This document shows positions 20,801 to 29,800 of a stretch of DNA of 64,000 nucleotides, piece by piece. This DNA comes from Kiritimatiellia bacterium. Its GTDB lineage: Bacteria > Verrucomicrobiota > Kiritimatiellia > RFP12 > UBA1067. The stretch's first letter is position 1. Each line of letters opens with the position of its first letter. The notes under the pieces were generated by a model. That model was not told the origin of the DNA and did not search any database. It saw only the letters and a list, made by a program, of their open reading frames with translations. The DNA lies in contig JAFWKK010000016.1 of NCBI GenBank assembly GCA_017514235.1, positions 2,221 through 66,220 on the forward strand, written 5' to 3'. Position numbers and translations under genes: made by a program.

Positions 20801-21319
20801 GGGACGAGCGGCGGCGGACTTTATGCCAACAACTCACTTACGGCGATGAAGCTCTACGCATTCCGCATCTTCGAATCGGGAATGCTCGTCCACGAGTATT
20901 TGCCCTATAAGGTCGGCTCGACCGTCGGCCTCTACGACACGATGACTGGCGATGTGGTGACGAGCAGCATTTCCGGGAGCAACGCCTTCACCTACGGCGG
21001 CGGGCTTGGCTACGGCAAATATGCCGGCACGCGGCGCAACCTCGTCATTGCGCCGACGTCGACGTCTGTCTACTTTGATTCGTCGCGGACGCTCACGGCT
21101 TATGCTCCGGGTGCGGTGGCGTATCGCTGGACGTGCAACGGCGAGGAGGTTGCCGGCGGCGAGAACGGCGAACTTGCCGTGACGTGGCGCAAGACCAAGA
21201 CGCCTGACAACTATACTGTCGCGCCCGTCTATCTCATCAATGGCGAAGAGGCCGAAGGCGAAACCTCTTCCTTTGTCATCGAGAACGTGCCGCTCGGCAT
21301 GATGATCTTGCTTCGCTGA
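17894..21319 (+). CDS. Secreted repeat protein: five ~200-aa modules, an Ig-like region and a short C-terminal tail motif
   Basis: Signal peptide is MQMKKLIVAAALLSAAELFA. Five modules each start with [AP][YF][IV]E[SN]xDG and end with K[AMT][KR][LIV]YG.[KQR][IVF][YWF].. No catalytic motif was recognised. The protein ends in VPLGMMILLR. Confidence 0.85.
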   Translation: MQMKKLIVAAALLSAAELFADEAYIQSDGTQSINTGYYINAKTKIEIDFQMTEITSQGRLWGQNGTGCGNMAVVYFGDTANNFKIGYGNATFSGAFLAANNLERNTIIYDGPGNKGYLYQNGAQVASCDLTAAHNGTATFPMSIFGQSSNAKGAAANGLVKMKLYGFKVYEDDVLVHDYAPAFRGSITGLVDTVTGTFLYDTRASGGALTGSGNLVEVEDDPYIESDGTSAINLGISASPKLKVEIDYELTDVTDPTPDGSNHYQQRLFGEDTTSATPRMSVYVNGSKIIAVATGDGWDAKSTGVTADFRRHTVIIDNVAAVRALMTGVTTNWSDTCTDVTKCATRPLALLGNTANDAGTSFANLCKTKVYGCRIWSGGTLIRDLSPRNIGGTAGFEDLVTGRFYTCNGLTASENASTELSGASRDGDAFVESDGSFYSVVNTYYFVKPSTKIEIDYALAAIVSGAGVLGGYGANAGISTILWCNSTTKFVLEMRDGNHDATADDLLSPAIPLDLARHTAVLDGPGRHLSLSSHDGTVEAESDFHESWTLNTAQANWPVLLFGFATDAYGHNKQRAKARIYGVKFYENGSPVLTLTPAVKGGVAGFKDGDGNFYSGDGLIAGGAVETIDEDPYVENPDGGRFFDTGYYVTSNTCVKVDYMPLMQQNGQQFPFEAGDSISATNANKKMYMRTYGNGSSGQGDIAYACGGQLFISTSVPYAPHVRRQVTLDAYNLKCNVETAGVLVREVTIGAIGSVAQSSSTLKLLSNAGMNSGSCKARLYGVQIYEEGTLVRDYVPICQAGSYALLDKVQGKVLAKASNSKEFTGYTSNNDLDDAFFTAPMRAEDAYIESDGTQGINLGYQTTPNTRYEIDYALTAIVGQNRPFGEAGGNLSAELYIQGEATGSGNVAFGVGETWKGQYTSMGADLNRHLAVLDLANHQCGYSGKGMFKFGTDVTTKKTATNLMWLFAKGTSGGGLYANNSLTAMKLYAFRIFESGMLVHEYLPYKVGSTVGLYDTMTGDVVTSSISGSNAFTYGGGLGYGKYAGTRRNLVIAPTSTSVYFDSSRTLTAYAPGAVAYRWTCNGEEVAGGENGELAVTWRKTKTPDNYTVAPVYLINGEEAEGETSSFVIENVPLGMMILLR
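17960..21002 (+). repeat. Five tandem in-frame coding repeats (module starts at 17960, 18557, 19178, 19787, 20429)
   Basis: Module starts are AYIQSDGTQSINTGYY, PYIESDGTSAINLGIS, AFVESDGSFYSVVNTYY, PYVENPDGGRFFDTGYY and AYIESDGTQGINLGYQ. Module ends are KMKLYGFKVYEDDVLVHDYAP, KTKVYGCRIWSGGTLIRDLSP, KARIYGVKFYENGSPVLTLTP, KARLYGVQIYEEGTLVRDYVP and AMKLYAFRIFESGMLVHEYLP. The period is 597-642 nt. Confidence 0.85.
21287..21316 (+). other. Extreme C-terminal tail motif VPLGMMILLR-stop
   Basis: Shares G-h-x-I-x-[LI]-R-COOH with 30001..30030 and 37528..37557. Confidence 0.6.
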
Positions 21320-21344
21320 GCGAACGCGTCTAACAAACACCACG

Positions 21345-21383
21345 GGCTTCAGTTGTCATTGTGACTTGAGGCCCGTCTTCTGG
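21345..21383 (+). terminator. Weak terminator-like hairpin after the repeat-protein gene
   Basis: GGGCTTCAG / TTGAGGCCC is a 9-bp stem that includes two G-U pairs, with a 13-nt loop and the tail GTCTTCT. Confidence 0.3.
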
Positions 21384-21384
21384 A

Positions 21385-23829
21385 GTGAATGTCATGAGCA
21401 AAGCAATGGTTTTAGCCTTTTCGACAACCGCATTAGTTTCGTGCGGAGTGTGCGCGGCGGAGGTGGAGCAGGTGTTTAGACCGGAGCGGTATTCGCGCGG
21501 TGACACGAACGTGCGCGTGCAGCAGCCTATCGACGAGGCGTCGTGGGTGTGGGCGCAGGGCAGCGAAGTGTGGGGCGGGGCCGTATTCTCCAACACGCGC
21601 ACCGATCCCGCGACGCTCGCCAAGATGCCGCAGTCGTTCTTCCGGTTCCGCCGCGACTTCACGGCTGAGGAGGAGCCGCTGGAGATTGACATTTCCGCCG
21701 ACGAGCGGTTCGTTCTGCTTCTTGACGGCAGGGAGATTGCTAGAGGCCCTATGCGAGGTCTTCCAAACCGCTGGCACTACCAGAGCTACAGGGTTGCGGG
21801 GCTTGCTCAGGGGACGCATCGTCTTGAGGCGGTCTGCTGGCAGGTTGGCGAACATGCGCCTCTCGCGCAGGTCTCCGTGCGCGGCGGTTTCATAGCAAGG
21901 GCCTACGGCGGTTACGATTCGCAACTCACTACGGGCAAGGCGACGTGGAGAGTCGCGCCGCTTCACAGTACGCGCATGACGCATAAGGGGAAGTCGGGCG
22001 CGTTCGGCGTCGGTTCGCAGTGCGAGGTCTCAGGAGCGTCGCTGCTTGACGAGGAACCGTCCGCCGAATCGTGGCAAGACGCCGTCGTCGTGCGCGGCCC
22101 CGTCAAGACCTGGGCCGGGCTTACGGTGCAGGGCTGGAAGCTGTTCCCCTCGCCCCTCAGGGACTTGATGCACGAGCTGAAGACGCCTGGCGAGGTGAAG
22201 CGCGGATTCGACGTCCTGAAAGCGGGTGCGGTCGTGTCCGCCAACACGAAAGTCACGGCGTGGTGGGATCTCGGCAACTACTACTGCGCGTATCCGTCAT
22301 TGACTGTCTCCGGCGGCAAGGGCGCAAGAGTCAGCTGGGACTGGGCTGAGTGCCTGACCGGGGCGGACGGCAAGAAGGGGGATCGCGCGGCATTCGGAGA
22401 TGGACTGGACATGCCTCGTCCGTTCGGCGACGTGTTTCTCTGCGACGGGCGCGCACGTGCCCGTTTCTCCACGCCGTGGTGGCGCTGCGGACGCTGGTGC
22501 CGGCTGACGATAGAGACGGCGGACGAGCCGTTGACTCTCGACAAGGTCGAAATCGCCGAGACGCGCTACCCTGTTGAAATGGCCGCCTCGTTCGATTGCG
22601 ACGATCCGTTTGTCATGAAGATGCAGCCCGTGTGCGCACGCGCCTTGCAGATGTGCATGCACGAGATGTTCTTCGACTGCCCGTACTACGAGCAGCAGAT
22701 GTATCCAGGCGACAGCCGCGTTCAGTACCTTGTCTCCGGTCTTTTCGACACCGAGGACCGCATGGTTCGCAACGCGATTACGCTCTACGACACCGACCGA
22801 CGCGAGAACGGCATGATTCCCATGAACTGTCCGACACGCGGGATGCAGGACGCGCTGGGCTTCACGTGCTGCGAGGCGATGATGTTCGGCGACTACGCCT
22901 GGAATCATACGAACCGGGACTGGCTCAAGGCGCGGCTTCCTGGCCTCAACCACACGCTGATGGGAATGGAGCTGTTCTTGAACGGAGATGGGCTGCTTGG
23001 CAAGACGCCTGGCTGGAACTTCGTTGATTGGGTTTCGTCGTGGAGAGACGGCGTGCCGCCTGACGGCGACGATGAGAGGCCGAACGCCGAGATGAACCTG
23101 CAGTATCTCCACGCGATCCTTTCGGCTGCGATTGCCGAGGAGGCTGTCGGCGACGCTACGCTGGCAGCGCATTGGCGGACGCGAGCCGAGGTGCTAAAGG
23201 CTGCCCTGCGCAAGGCGTTCTGGTGCGCGGACAAGGCGCTGTTCTCGTCCGATGTGTCGAAGACAAAGTTCAGCGAGCATTCGCAGTGCCTTGCGCTTCT
23301 GGCTGACGTTGTGACGGGCGAAGAGGCCGAGCGTTGCTTCAAGGCTTTGGTCGAGACGCCTGATCTTGCCCGCGGCACGATCTATTACAAGCACTATCTC
23401 TTTGCGACATGCTTCAAGTTCCGACGCTCCGATCTCTTCTTCGGCAACCTCGGCTTCTGGCGCGATTGCCTTAACTGGAACCTCTCGACTATCCTTGAGA
23501 CGCCAAACATCAACTCGCGCAGTGACTGCCACGGTTGGGGGTCTCATCCGCTCTGGCACCTGCATACGGGCGTTGCGGGCGTGAAGAGCGCCGCGCCGTT
23601 CTACGAGAAGGTCCTTGTAGAGCCTCAGCCCGCGCACCTGAAGCATATTCGCAGCTCCACGCCTACACCGAGGGGAGACGTGAAGCTTGACCTGGCGTTT
23701 GACGGAGAAGCGGTGTCCGGCACGGTTGCGCTGCCGGAAGGTCTTGCCGGAGTCTTTCGGTGGAAGGGCCATGAGCTGCCGCTCGCAGCCGGCAAGCCAT
23801 GTAACATAAGTATCTCAACTGGCAAATGA
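21385..23829 (+). CDS. GH78-like alpha-L-rhamnosidase family protein (start GTG 21385 or ATG 21394)
   Basis: Signal-like N-terminus. FFDCPYYEQQMYPGDSRVQ is typical of the six-hairpin domain of the bacterial rhamnosidase family. An N-terminal rhamnosidase-like beta domain has RFRRDF...LLLDGREIARGP. Confidence 0.7.
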   Translation: MNVMSKAMVLAFSTTALVSCGVCAAEVEQVFRPERYSRGDTNVRVQQPIDEASWVWAQGSEVWGGAVFSNTRTDPATLAKMPQSFFRFRRDFTAEEEPLEIDISADERFVLLLDGREIARGPMRGLPNRWHYQSYRVAGLAQGTHRLEAVCWQVGEHAPLAQVSVRGGFIARAYGGYDSQLTTGKATWRVAPLHSTRMTHKGKSGAFGVGSQCEVSGASLLDEEPSAESWQDAVVVRGPVKTWAGLTVQGWKLFPSPLRDLMHELKTPGEVKRGFDVLKAGAVVSANTKVTAWWDLGNYYCAYPSLTVSGGKGARVSWDWAECLTGADGKKGDRAAFGDGLDMPRPFGDVFLCDGRARARFSTPWWRCGRWCRLTIETADEPLTLDKVEIAETRYPVEMAASFDCDDPFVMKMQPVCARALQMCMHEMFFDCPYYEQQMYPGDSRVQYLVSGLFDTEDRMVRNAITLYDTDRRENGMIPMNCPTRGMQDALGFTCCEAMMFGDYAWNHTNRDWLKARLPGLNHTLMGMELFLNGDGLLGKTPGWNFVDWVSSWRDGVPPDGDDERPNAEMNLQYLHAILSAAIAEEAVGDATLAAHWRTRAEVLKAALRKAFWCADKALFSSDVSKTKFSEHSQCLALLADVVTGEEAERCFKALVETPDLARGTIYYKHYLFATCFKFRRSDLFFGNLGFWRDCLNWNLSTILETPNINSRSDCHGWGSHPLWHLHTGVAGVKSAAPFYEKVLVEPQPAHLKHIRSSTPTPRGDVKLDLAFDGEAVSGTVALPEGLAGVFRWKGHELPLAAGKPCNISISTGK

Positions 23830-23879
23830 CTGCTTGTCATGACGCACGGACAAGCAGAGGCAAGGGCGTTGCGTTTTTT
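23830..23879 (+). terminator. Terminator-like structure after the GH78-like gene
   Basis: CTGCTTGTC / GACAAGCAG is a perfect 9-bp stem with a 10-nt loop. It is followed by the small hairpin GCAAGGGCGTTGC and a T6 run. Confidence 0.45.
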
Positions 23880-23910
23880 ACAGGCGAATTGTAAAAAGTA
23901 CAGTTGATTT
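23871..23910 (+). promoter_or_regulatory. Conserved 40-nt upstream element, copy 1 (core ATTGTAAAAAGTACAGTTGATTT)
   Basis: 35/40 identical to 35763..35802, with the last 23 nt identical. Contains TGTA-N5-TACA and T[AG]CAG-N15-TACAG. Its 3' TTGATT serves as the -35. Confidence 0.7.
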
Positions 23911-23932
23911 TGCGTAGCTGGTGGCGTATAAT
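23904..23932 (+). promoter_or_regulatory. Promoter TTGATT-17 nt-TATAAT (DUF4091/GH123-like operon)
   Basis: The -35 is embedded in the conserved element. GCGTATAAT is the -10 region. The leader to ATG 24038 is about 100 nt. Confidence 0.6.
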
Positions 23933-24037
23933 AAACGCGCAATGGAATGCTGTTCGCGCAAATCGTTTATAACCGGCTCTGCCGCGTTTGCGGCGTGCGG
24001 GCGTCGGGCCATTGAAACCAAGGCAAGCGGATGAGAT

Positions 24038-26842
24038 ATGGCAAAGCGACTTCTCATTGTCTTGGCCCTGCTTGGTACGTTTGCGGCAATTGCGGATGCG
24101 GACCTGCCAAATGCTCGGTTCGATAAGGCCCTGGAAGGCCAGCCGGATGGCTGGCGGCTTACGGCGTCCGACGGCGGTGACTGGCTGAAGAATGTCGGTC
24201 GTGATGGTGATGCCGCGATACGGGTGACAGGCAAGGGCTCCTCGTCCGGGCAGTGGCGATCCGATCCCGTGGAACTGGCGACAGGACGATGCTATGTCTT
24301 TTCGTTCTGGAGCAAGGGGAACGGGTCAGGCTGCGTCACCAGCGGAATCGACGACATGAACGTGGATTGGGGTTGTGCGGGAGAGCAGTGGACTCAACGC
24401 CTCAACGTTTTGCGGACTCCAGATCGGCCAGGCGTCTACACCCCGGCATTTCATCTGGGCCAGTGGATGATGGATGGCGAAGCGCTTTTTGACGATGTGG
24501 CGTTGACGCCCGTCAGGCCCGTCTACGTGAAGGCTGGCGATGTGGAGCTTGGCCATGGCGAACAGGTTGACGGCAACCGATATTCGTTCTCTACGCAATA
24601 TGGCGCAGTGTCGCGGAACCATGCGCGGACGCTCGTGGAGGGGACGTCATCCTTCAATTCGGACCGTTGGGACATTGGGCGAGGGCGTTGCATCGCTTAC
24701 CGCTTTGCCCTTCCCCGCCGCACATGGAGCTCCGCAAAGGTCGGTGTGACCTGCGGACATTATACAAAAGGAACGGCGGATGTCGAGATTTCGTCCGATG
24801 GGGAAAAATGGAAACAGCTTGCCATGGTCACAAGTGCGACGACGGTGGAACTTGACGTTCCGGCGTCACTCTTTCCTGCTGCCGCAATTTTCGTCCGTGT
24901 TCGCGGGAACGATCCTTGCCAGCTGCAGATATATCACGTATCCTTCATTGGTGAATTTTCTGGCGTGCCTGTGACGGCTGTAGGTGCTACGAAATATTTG
25001 GACGAGAAGTCGGGGACTGTCGTATGCAAGACAGCCGGATGTACGTTCTTCTCTGACGATTACGGCGAAATCTTGCCGTGCGGCGGCAATGACGTGAATC
25101 TCTGGCGGGCGTCGAGCGGATGGAAGATTCCACGAGTGCGAGAGCTTCCGAAGAAGAAGGCCAAGGGTCTTTTCATCCAAACGGCGGCGAATGAGGCGGA
25201 AGCCGTGCAGCTTGTAGTTTCGCCGAAGGATGCCCTTGATGACGTCCGGGTCGAAGTGGCAGGTCCGCTGGTCTGCCGCTCTGCCGGAAAGGAACTGACG
25301 GCAGTCTCCGTGGAGGTCCTTCGTGTCGGATATGTTTCAGTGGACGTTCCGACAGACGAAGTGGGGTGCCGTGCGCGCTGGCCCGATCCTCTGCCGCCGC
25401 AGGACGGCGCGGCATTCCCTGTTGCGGCAGGAGAGAACCAACCGTTCTGGGTGCGCGTGAAGCCGCCTAAGGGAACGCCTAAGGGCGTCTATGCCGGCTC
25501 GCTGCAGGTGGTCTGCTTAAAAGCAAAGAGCCGACAGAAGATGACTTTCTCCGTTCCGCTGTCCGTAGAGGTGTTTGGATTCGAGTTGCCGGATGTGATG
25601 ACATGCGAGACGGCGTTCGATTTCTCGCTATGGACCGTCTCGAAGTATCATGGGCTCAAGACCGCCGAGGAGAAAAAAATTGTCGCGGAAAAGTATCTCC
25701 GTTCGCTTGGCGACCATCACATCTCGCCATACGATCCTGCGCCCAACGTAAACTGGAGCGTGAAGTGGAAGGGGATGGAGAATCCCATGACCGCCGAGCC
25801 GGCGTTTGACTGGGCGTCTTGGGACAAGGCGGTGGAGGAGGCGCTCGCCAAGCATCACTTCAACACGTTTCTCATTCGTGTAAAAGGGCTTGGCGGAGGC
25901 AACTATCAGAAATGGTCGCAACCGGAGTTCATGGGAATTCCTGCCGACAATCCGGCGTATGATGTCCTGGTCGGGAAGTATCTTCACGGGATTGAACGTC
26001 ATCTGGAGGAGAAGGGCTGGCTGGATAAGGCGTTCCTCTACGCCTTCGATGAGCCGGAGCCGAGGCACTATCCGATTGTGATGCGGATATTCGAGACAGT
26101 GAAACGACATGCGCCGAAGCTGCGTCGTATGGTCACGGAGGAGGCCGTCGAGGCGCTTCACGGCGGGCCGAACCTCTGGGTGCCGCTCACGCCGAACCTT
26201 CACGTCTCCGGAGAGAAGAAGGCTCGCGCTGCAGGTGACACATTCTGGTGGTACGTGTGCTGTGGACCGAAGGCCCCGTATGTCACGGAGTTCATCGACC
26301 ACCCCGGCACGGAAATGCGCCTGTGGCTGTGGCAGACGTGGGGAGAGAACGTGTCAGGCATCTTGATCTGGGCGACGACATGGTGGACCAGCGCGAACGC
26401 CTACCCCGATCCAGCCCATCCGCAGAACCCCTACGAAGACCCAATGGGCTGGTGCGAGAGCGACAGCCTCGGGAGAGGGACGAAAAGTCCGTGGGGAAAC
26501 GGCGACGGACGCTTTCTCTATCCGCCGCGTGCTGCGGCCCAGCCGTCGCCCACGCCAGTCCTGGACGGGCCTGTCGATTCGTTCCGCATCGAGATGCTTC
26601 GTGACGGCATCGAGGACTATGAGTATTTTGCGATGCTGAAACGGCTTCTTGACGAACGGCGAAATCTTCCTCCGGCCTTTCGCGCCAATGCCGAAGCGCT
26701 ACTGAAGGTGCCGTCGTCCGTCTATTCGTCGATGACGGAGTTCACGACGGATCCGGAGCCGATGGAGGCTCACCGCAAGAAACTTGCGCGTGCAGTCGAA
26801 AAGATTTTGATACAATACAATGCAGCCGGGGTGAAATCATGA
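24038..26842 (+). CDS. Secreted DUF4091/GH123-like glycoside hydrolase with an N-terminal carbohydrate-binding-like region
   Basis: Signal peptide is MAKRLLIVLALLGTFAAIADA. The C-terminal half has YAFDEPEP, WWYVCCGP, GILIWATTWW, GDGRFLYP and FRIEMLRDGIEDYEYF, recalled as DUF4091 features. Confidence 0.7.
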   Translation: MAKRLLIVLALLGTFAAIADADLPNARFDKALEGQPDGWRLTASDGGDWLKNVGRDGDAAIRVTGKGSSSGQWRSDPVELATGRCYVFSFWSKGNGSGCVTSGIDDMNVDWGCAGEQWTQRLNVLRTPDRPGVYTPAFHLGQWMMDGEALFDDVALTPVRPVYVKAGDVELGHGEQVDGNRYSFSTQYGAVSRNHARTLVEGTSSFNSDRWDIGRGRCIAYRFALPRRTWSSAKVGVTCGHYTKGTADVEISSDGEKWKQLAMVTSATTVELDVPASLFPAAAIFVRVRGNDPCQLQIYHVSFIGEFSGVPVTAVGATKYLDEKSGTVVCKTAGCTFFSDDYGEILPCGGNDVNLWRASSGWKIPRVRELPKKKAKGLFIQTAANEAEAVQLVVSPKDALDDVRVEVAGPLVCRSAGKELTAVSVEVLRVGYVSVDVPTDEVGCRARWPDPLPPQDGAAFPVAAGENQPFWVRVKPPKGTPKGVYAGSLQVVCLKAKSRQKMTFSVPLSVEVFGFELPDVMTCETAFDFSLWTVSKYHGLKTAEEKKIVAEKYLRSLGDHHISPYDPAPNVNWSVKWKGMENPMTAEPAFDWASWDKAVEEALAKHHFNTFLIRVKGLGGGNYQKWSQPEFMGIPADNPAYDVLVGKYLHGIERHLEEKGWLDKAFLYAFDEPEPRHYPIVMRIFETVKRHAPKLRRMVTEEAVEALHGGPNLWVPLTPNLHVSGEKKARAAGDTFWWYVCCGPKAPYVTEFIDHPGTEMRLWLWQTWGENVSGILIWATTWWTSANAYPDPAHPQNPYEDPMGWCESDSLGRGTKSPWGNGDGRFLYPPRAAAQPSPTPVLDGPVDSFRIEMLRDGIEDYEYFAMLKRLLDERRNLPPAFRANAEALLKVPSSVYSSMTEFTTDPEPMEAHRKKLARAVEKILIQYNAAGVKS

Positions 26843-29800
26843 ATGAAGCCAAAGGGAAGAGACGCATGAAAAGAAAGACTGTTTTCATAGTCGCGGGAGT
26901 TTTCCTGACAATGTCAGTCTCTGCGGACACCTACTACTGGCGCGGGTCCAACACCGCCTGGTCGGACTGGACAAACATCGCTGATGGCGGCTGGTCGCTT
27001 GCGCGCGATTCATATGTCGCGCCATCGCATGTGCCCGGCACGGATGCGGGCGACACGCTTTGGCCGTTTGGTGTTCAGTCACAAAACTATATAGGCAACT
27101 TCAATCTTGGCGGCGGCAGTTACACAGTTGCAGGCTACTCGTCGGAGGGCAATGTCCCTGCGAATTGGCAACTATATCAGTTGCAGATTACGAATGGAAC
27201 GCTGACGGTATCCAGTTTCCAGAAACCATTCAAGACGGGCAGCACTTCAGATCGTGCTCCAGTTGCATGGAGGTATGATGTCTGGAACGGCGCGACATTC
27301 AATTTTAATACGGTGCTTGGAGGCTTTGACCGGGCATACGGTGCAAGTGGGCTCTATGAATATTGGTATGTGATGTCTGGTGGTCGCATGAATCTTCCGG
27401 GGCCTTTGGTGCCTTGCGCTTTGGATGTTACCGTGAACAGCGGTGGCGTCCTGAATGTTGCAGACGGCACATTCCGCGTCAACAATAACTCTCATCGTGA
27501 TTATCCGAACAAGATCACAAACTTTGGCACACTACTTCTTCCGAATGGCTTTGAATGGGTTGCCGGCGATCCGTGGTCGCCTACCGCCAACAACTCAAAA
27601 GCCATGATCGTTACGCAAAGCGCCGGAGAAACCCGGATGGGCGGCGATTTCAAGAAGACCGGTCTTGAATCGCACAACTATACGGTGATGATGAAATTCG
27701 TGCTCCAGGGCGGAACGCTTACGGTCGAGGAGAACAAGTCGGTCTCGTTCATCAGCCACACGGACCGCAACTCAGGCTACACCAAGAGCGAGGAGGTGTT
27801 TGCCGAAATGCCTGCATCTGCATCGGCAACAGTGCAGACGCTTGCCGGCTCAGTGCTTGACATGTCACTCTTCACATACGGCAACGGGGCTGCGTTGACG
27901 AAGACGGGATCTGGCACTCTGATTATGAAGGATCGCCCGGCGACAGTCAATGTGACGGCGGGCATGCTCAAGTTGACGAATTCTGTTGCCGATCTTTCGG
28001 GTGTCAGCCTTTCGTCTGGCACGACGCTTGAGTTTGCGCAGGCTGGAAATGTTGCAGCTGTGGCTCCGACCGGCTATGCCAGCGCAGTCTTTGCGCTCGA
28101 CAACTCCGGAGGTGCCTTTACCGACGGCGCTAACGTGATCTCTTCGAACGACGCTGATTTTCTTGCGGCTGTGGCTACATCATTGAATGCCGGCGGCACG
28201 GTGCCGGCAGGCCTGGCCGCGATAGTGTCCGGCGGTGCGGTAAAGGTGATGACGCCGCCGTCGCACACGTTCACGAGCGATGGCGAACTTGACCTTGGCG
28301 ATGCGTCAGGCTGGAACATGCCAGGCTACGTCGGCACAAACGTGTTTGTAAGCGGCGCATCGACAGTCGCCCTGATTTCGCCGGCCACCCCTGCGTTCGA
28401 CAGCATCACGCTGAGCGACGGCGCGACGCTGAAGGTTTCTGGCGATGGCATCGAATTGCCGAAGATTACGTTGCTTACCCCGTCAACGCTCCTCGTGCCG
28501 GGCGGATCGAGCGCGGTGATGACCAATGGCTTCACGGCTGCTGGCGATGTGAGCGGACTGCCTGTCGTCAAAGTAGAGACGAACGGAGTTCTCACCGTGG
28601 CGCGCGGCACGAAGTTCAAGAACTGCGCGGTGAAGCTCTATGGCGAGATCGGCGTGCCGCCGGTCTATGGCGACGTCAAGCTTGCGGATGACCAGGGCAT
28701 TCAGTTCGGCTATGCAGCGGCGGGCGAGACGACGTACTTCGCGATGGAGTCCATCGGAGGCAATATAAATGTCTCCGGCAATACGACGGTGGACCGTCAG
28801 AAGGAGCTGACTTTTGCATGGGCGGACAACGGCGGCCGGGTGCTGACGTACGGAGACATCCTGCTGAAGGACACGACGTTCAAGACGCCGCAAGGAGCCT
28901 GGCATTACATCGGCAAAATGATCGGCGGCTATAATCCGGACGATTCCGGCATTCGTGTGGTGCTTGACAACACGGTGTTGCCGTTGCGGCGCTTCAACTG
29001 GTTCAATTCCGGTACTGTCGTCTGCCGTAATGGCGGGAGGCTGGAGCGTCAGGACTATCATGCAGGAACCGACTGTCGCCTGACTGTCGACAGATACACG
29101 AGGATCGAATGCGAGGGCGAAGGCTCTGGACTTTTCCTGCCGTACGCGAACGTATGGCGTCCGTTCTACTACGACATCTGGCTAGATGGCGGCGTCGACC
29201 AGTTCACGTTCAGGGACGGCGCGGTTATGGCGGCGCACTACTACTGGGGCGGCAACCATTCTGTTCTCGTCTTCTCCAACGGCGTCTACCAGGTGGGTAC
29301 GCTTCCGTTCGTTTCCAGCGACAGGAATCCCAACCCGCCGAATGGAGATCCGCACAACTGGATGACCAACGCATTCACCGGGGCACATTCTGTGCGTATC
29401 GAACGGGGCGGCAAGCTGTTCTTCCAGTCCGCGTCCGTTCTCAGCGGAACGGAGTGGGACCGATACATGACGCTTGCCGACAAGCCGATCAAGGGCGAAG
29501 GCGACTTCGTGATGACTAACGGCGTGCCGGGACGCGGTTTTTCTGCGACTGTGGTCTGCAACCGCAACACCTCGACCGGCTCGATCTCCGTTGCGCCGTC
29601 CGCCGATCCGACTACGCTCTTCTTCAACGACGGTGCGAACTGGGCGGGCACGGTCGTAGCGGGCAATATAGCGCTTACGAACCTGACAGCGGCGGCGAGC
29701 CCTTCGACAGTCAGTTTCAAGACGCTTGACCTTTGCGGAATCTTCCCGATCCGCATCATGGATAATGGCGGAATCCACACAAACGACGTTGTGAACATTT

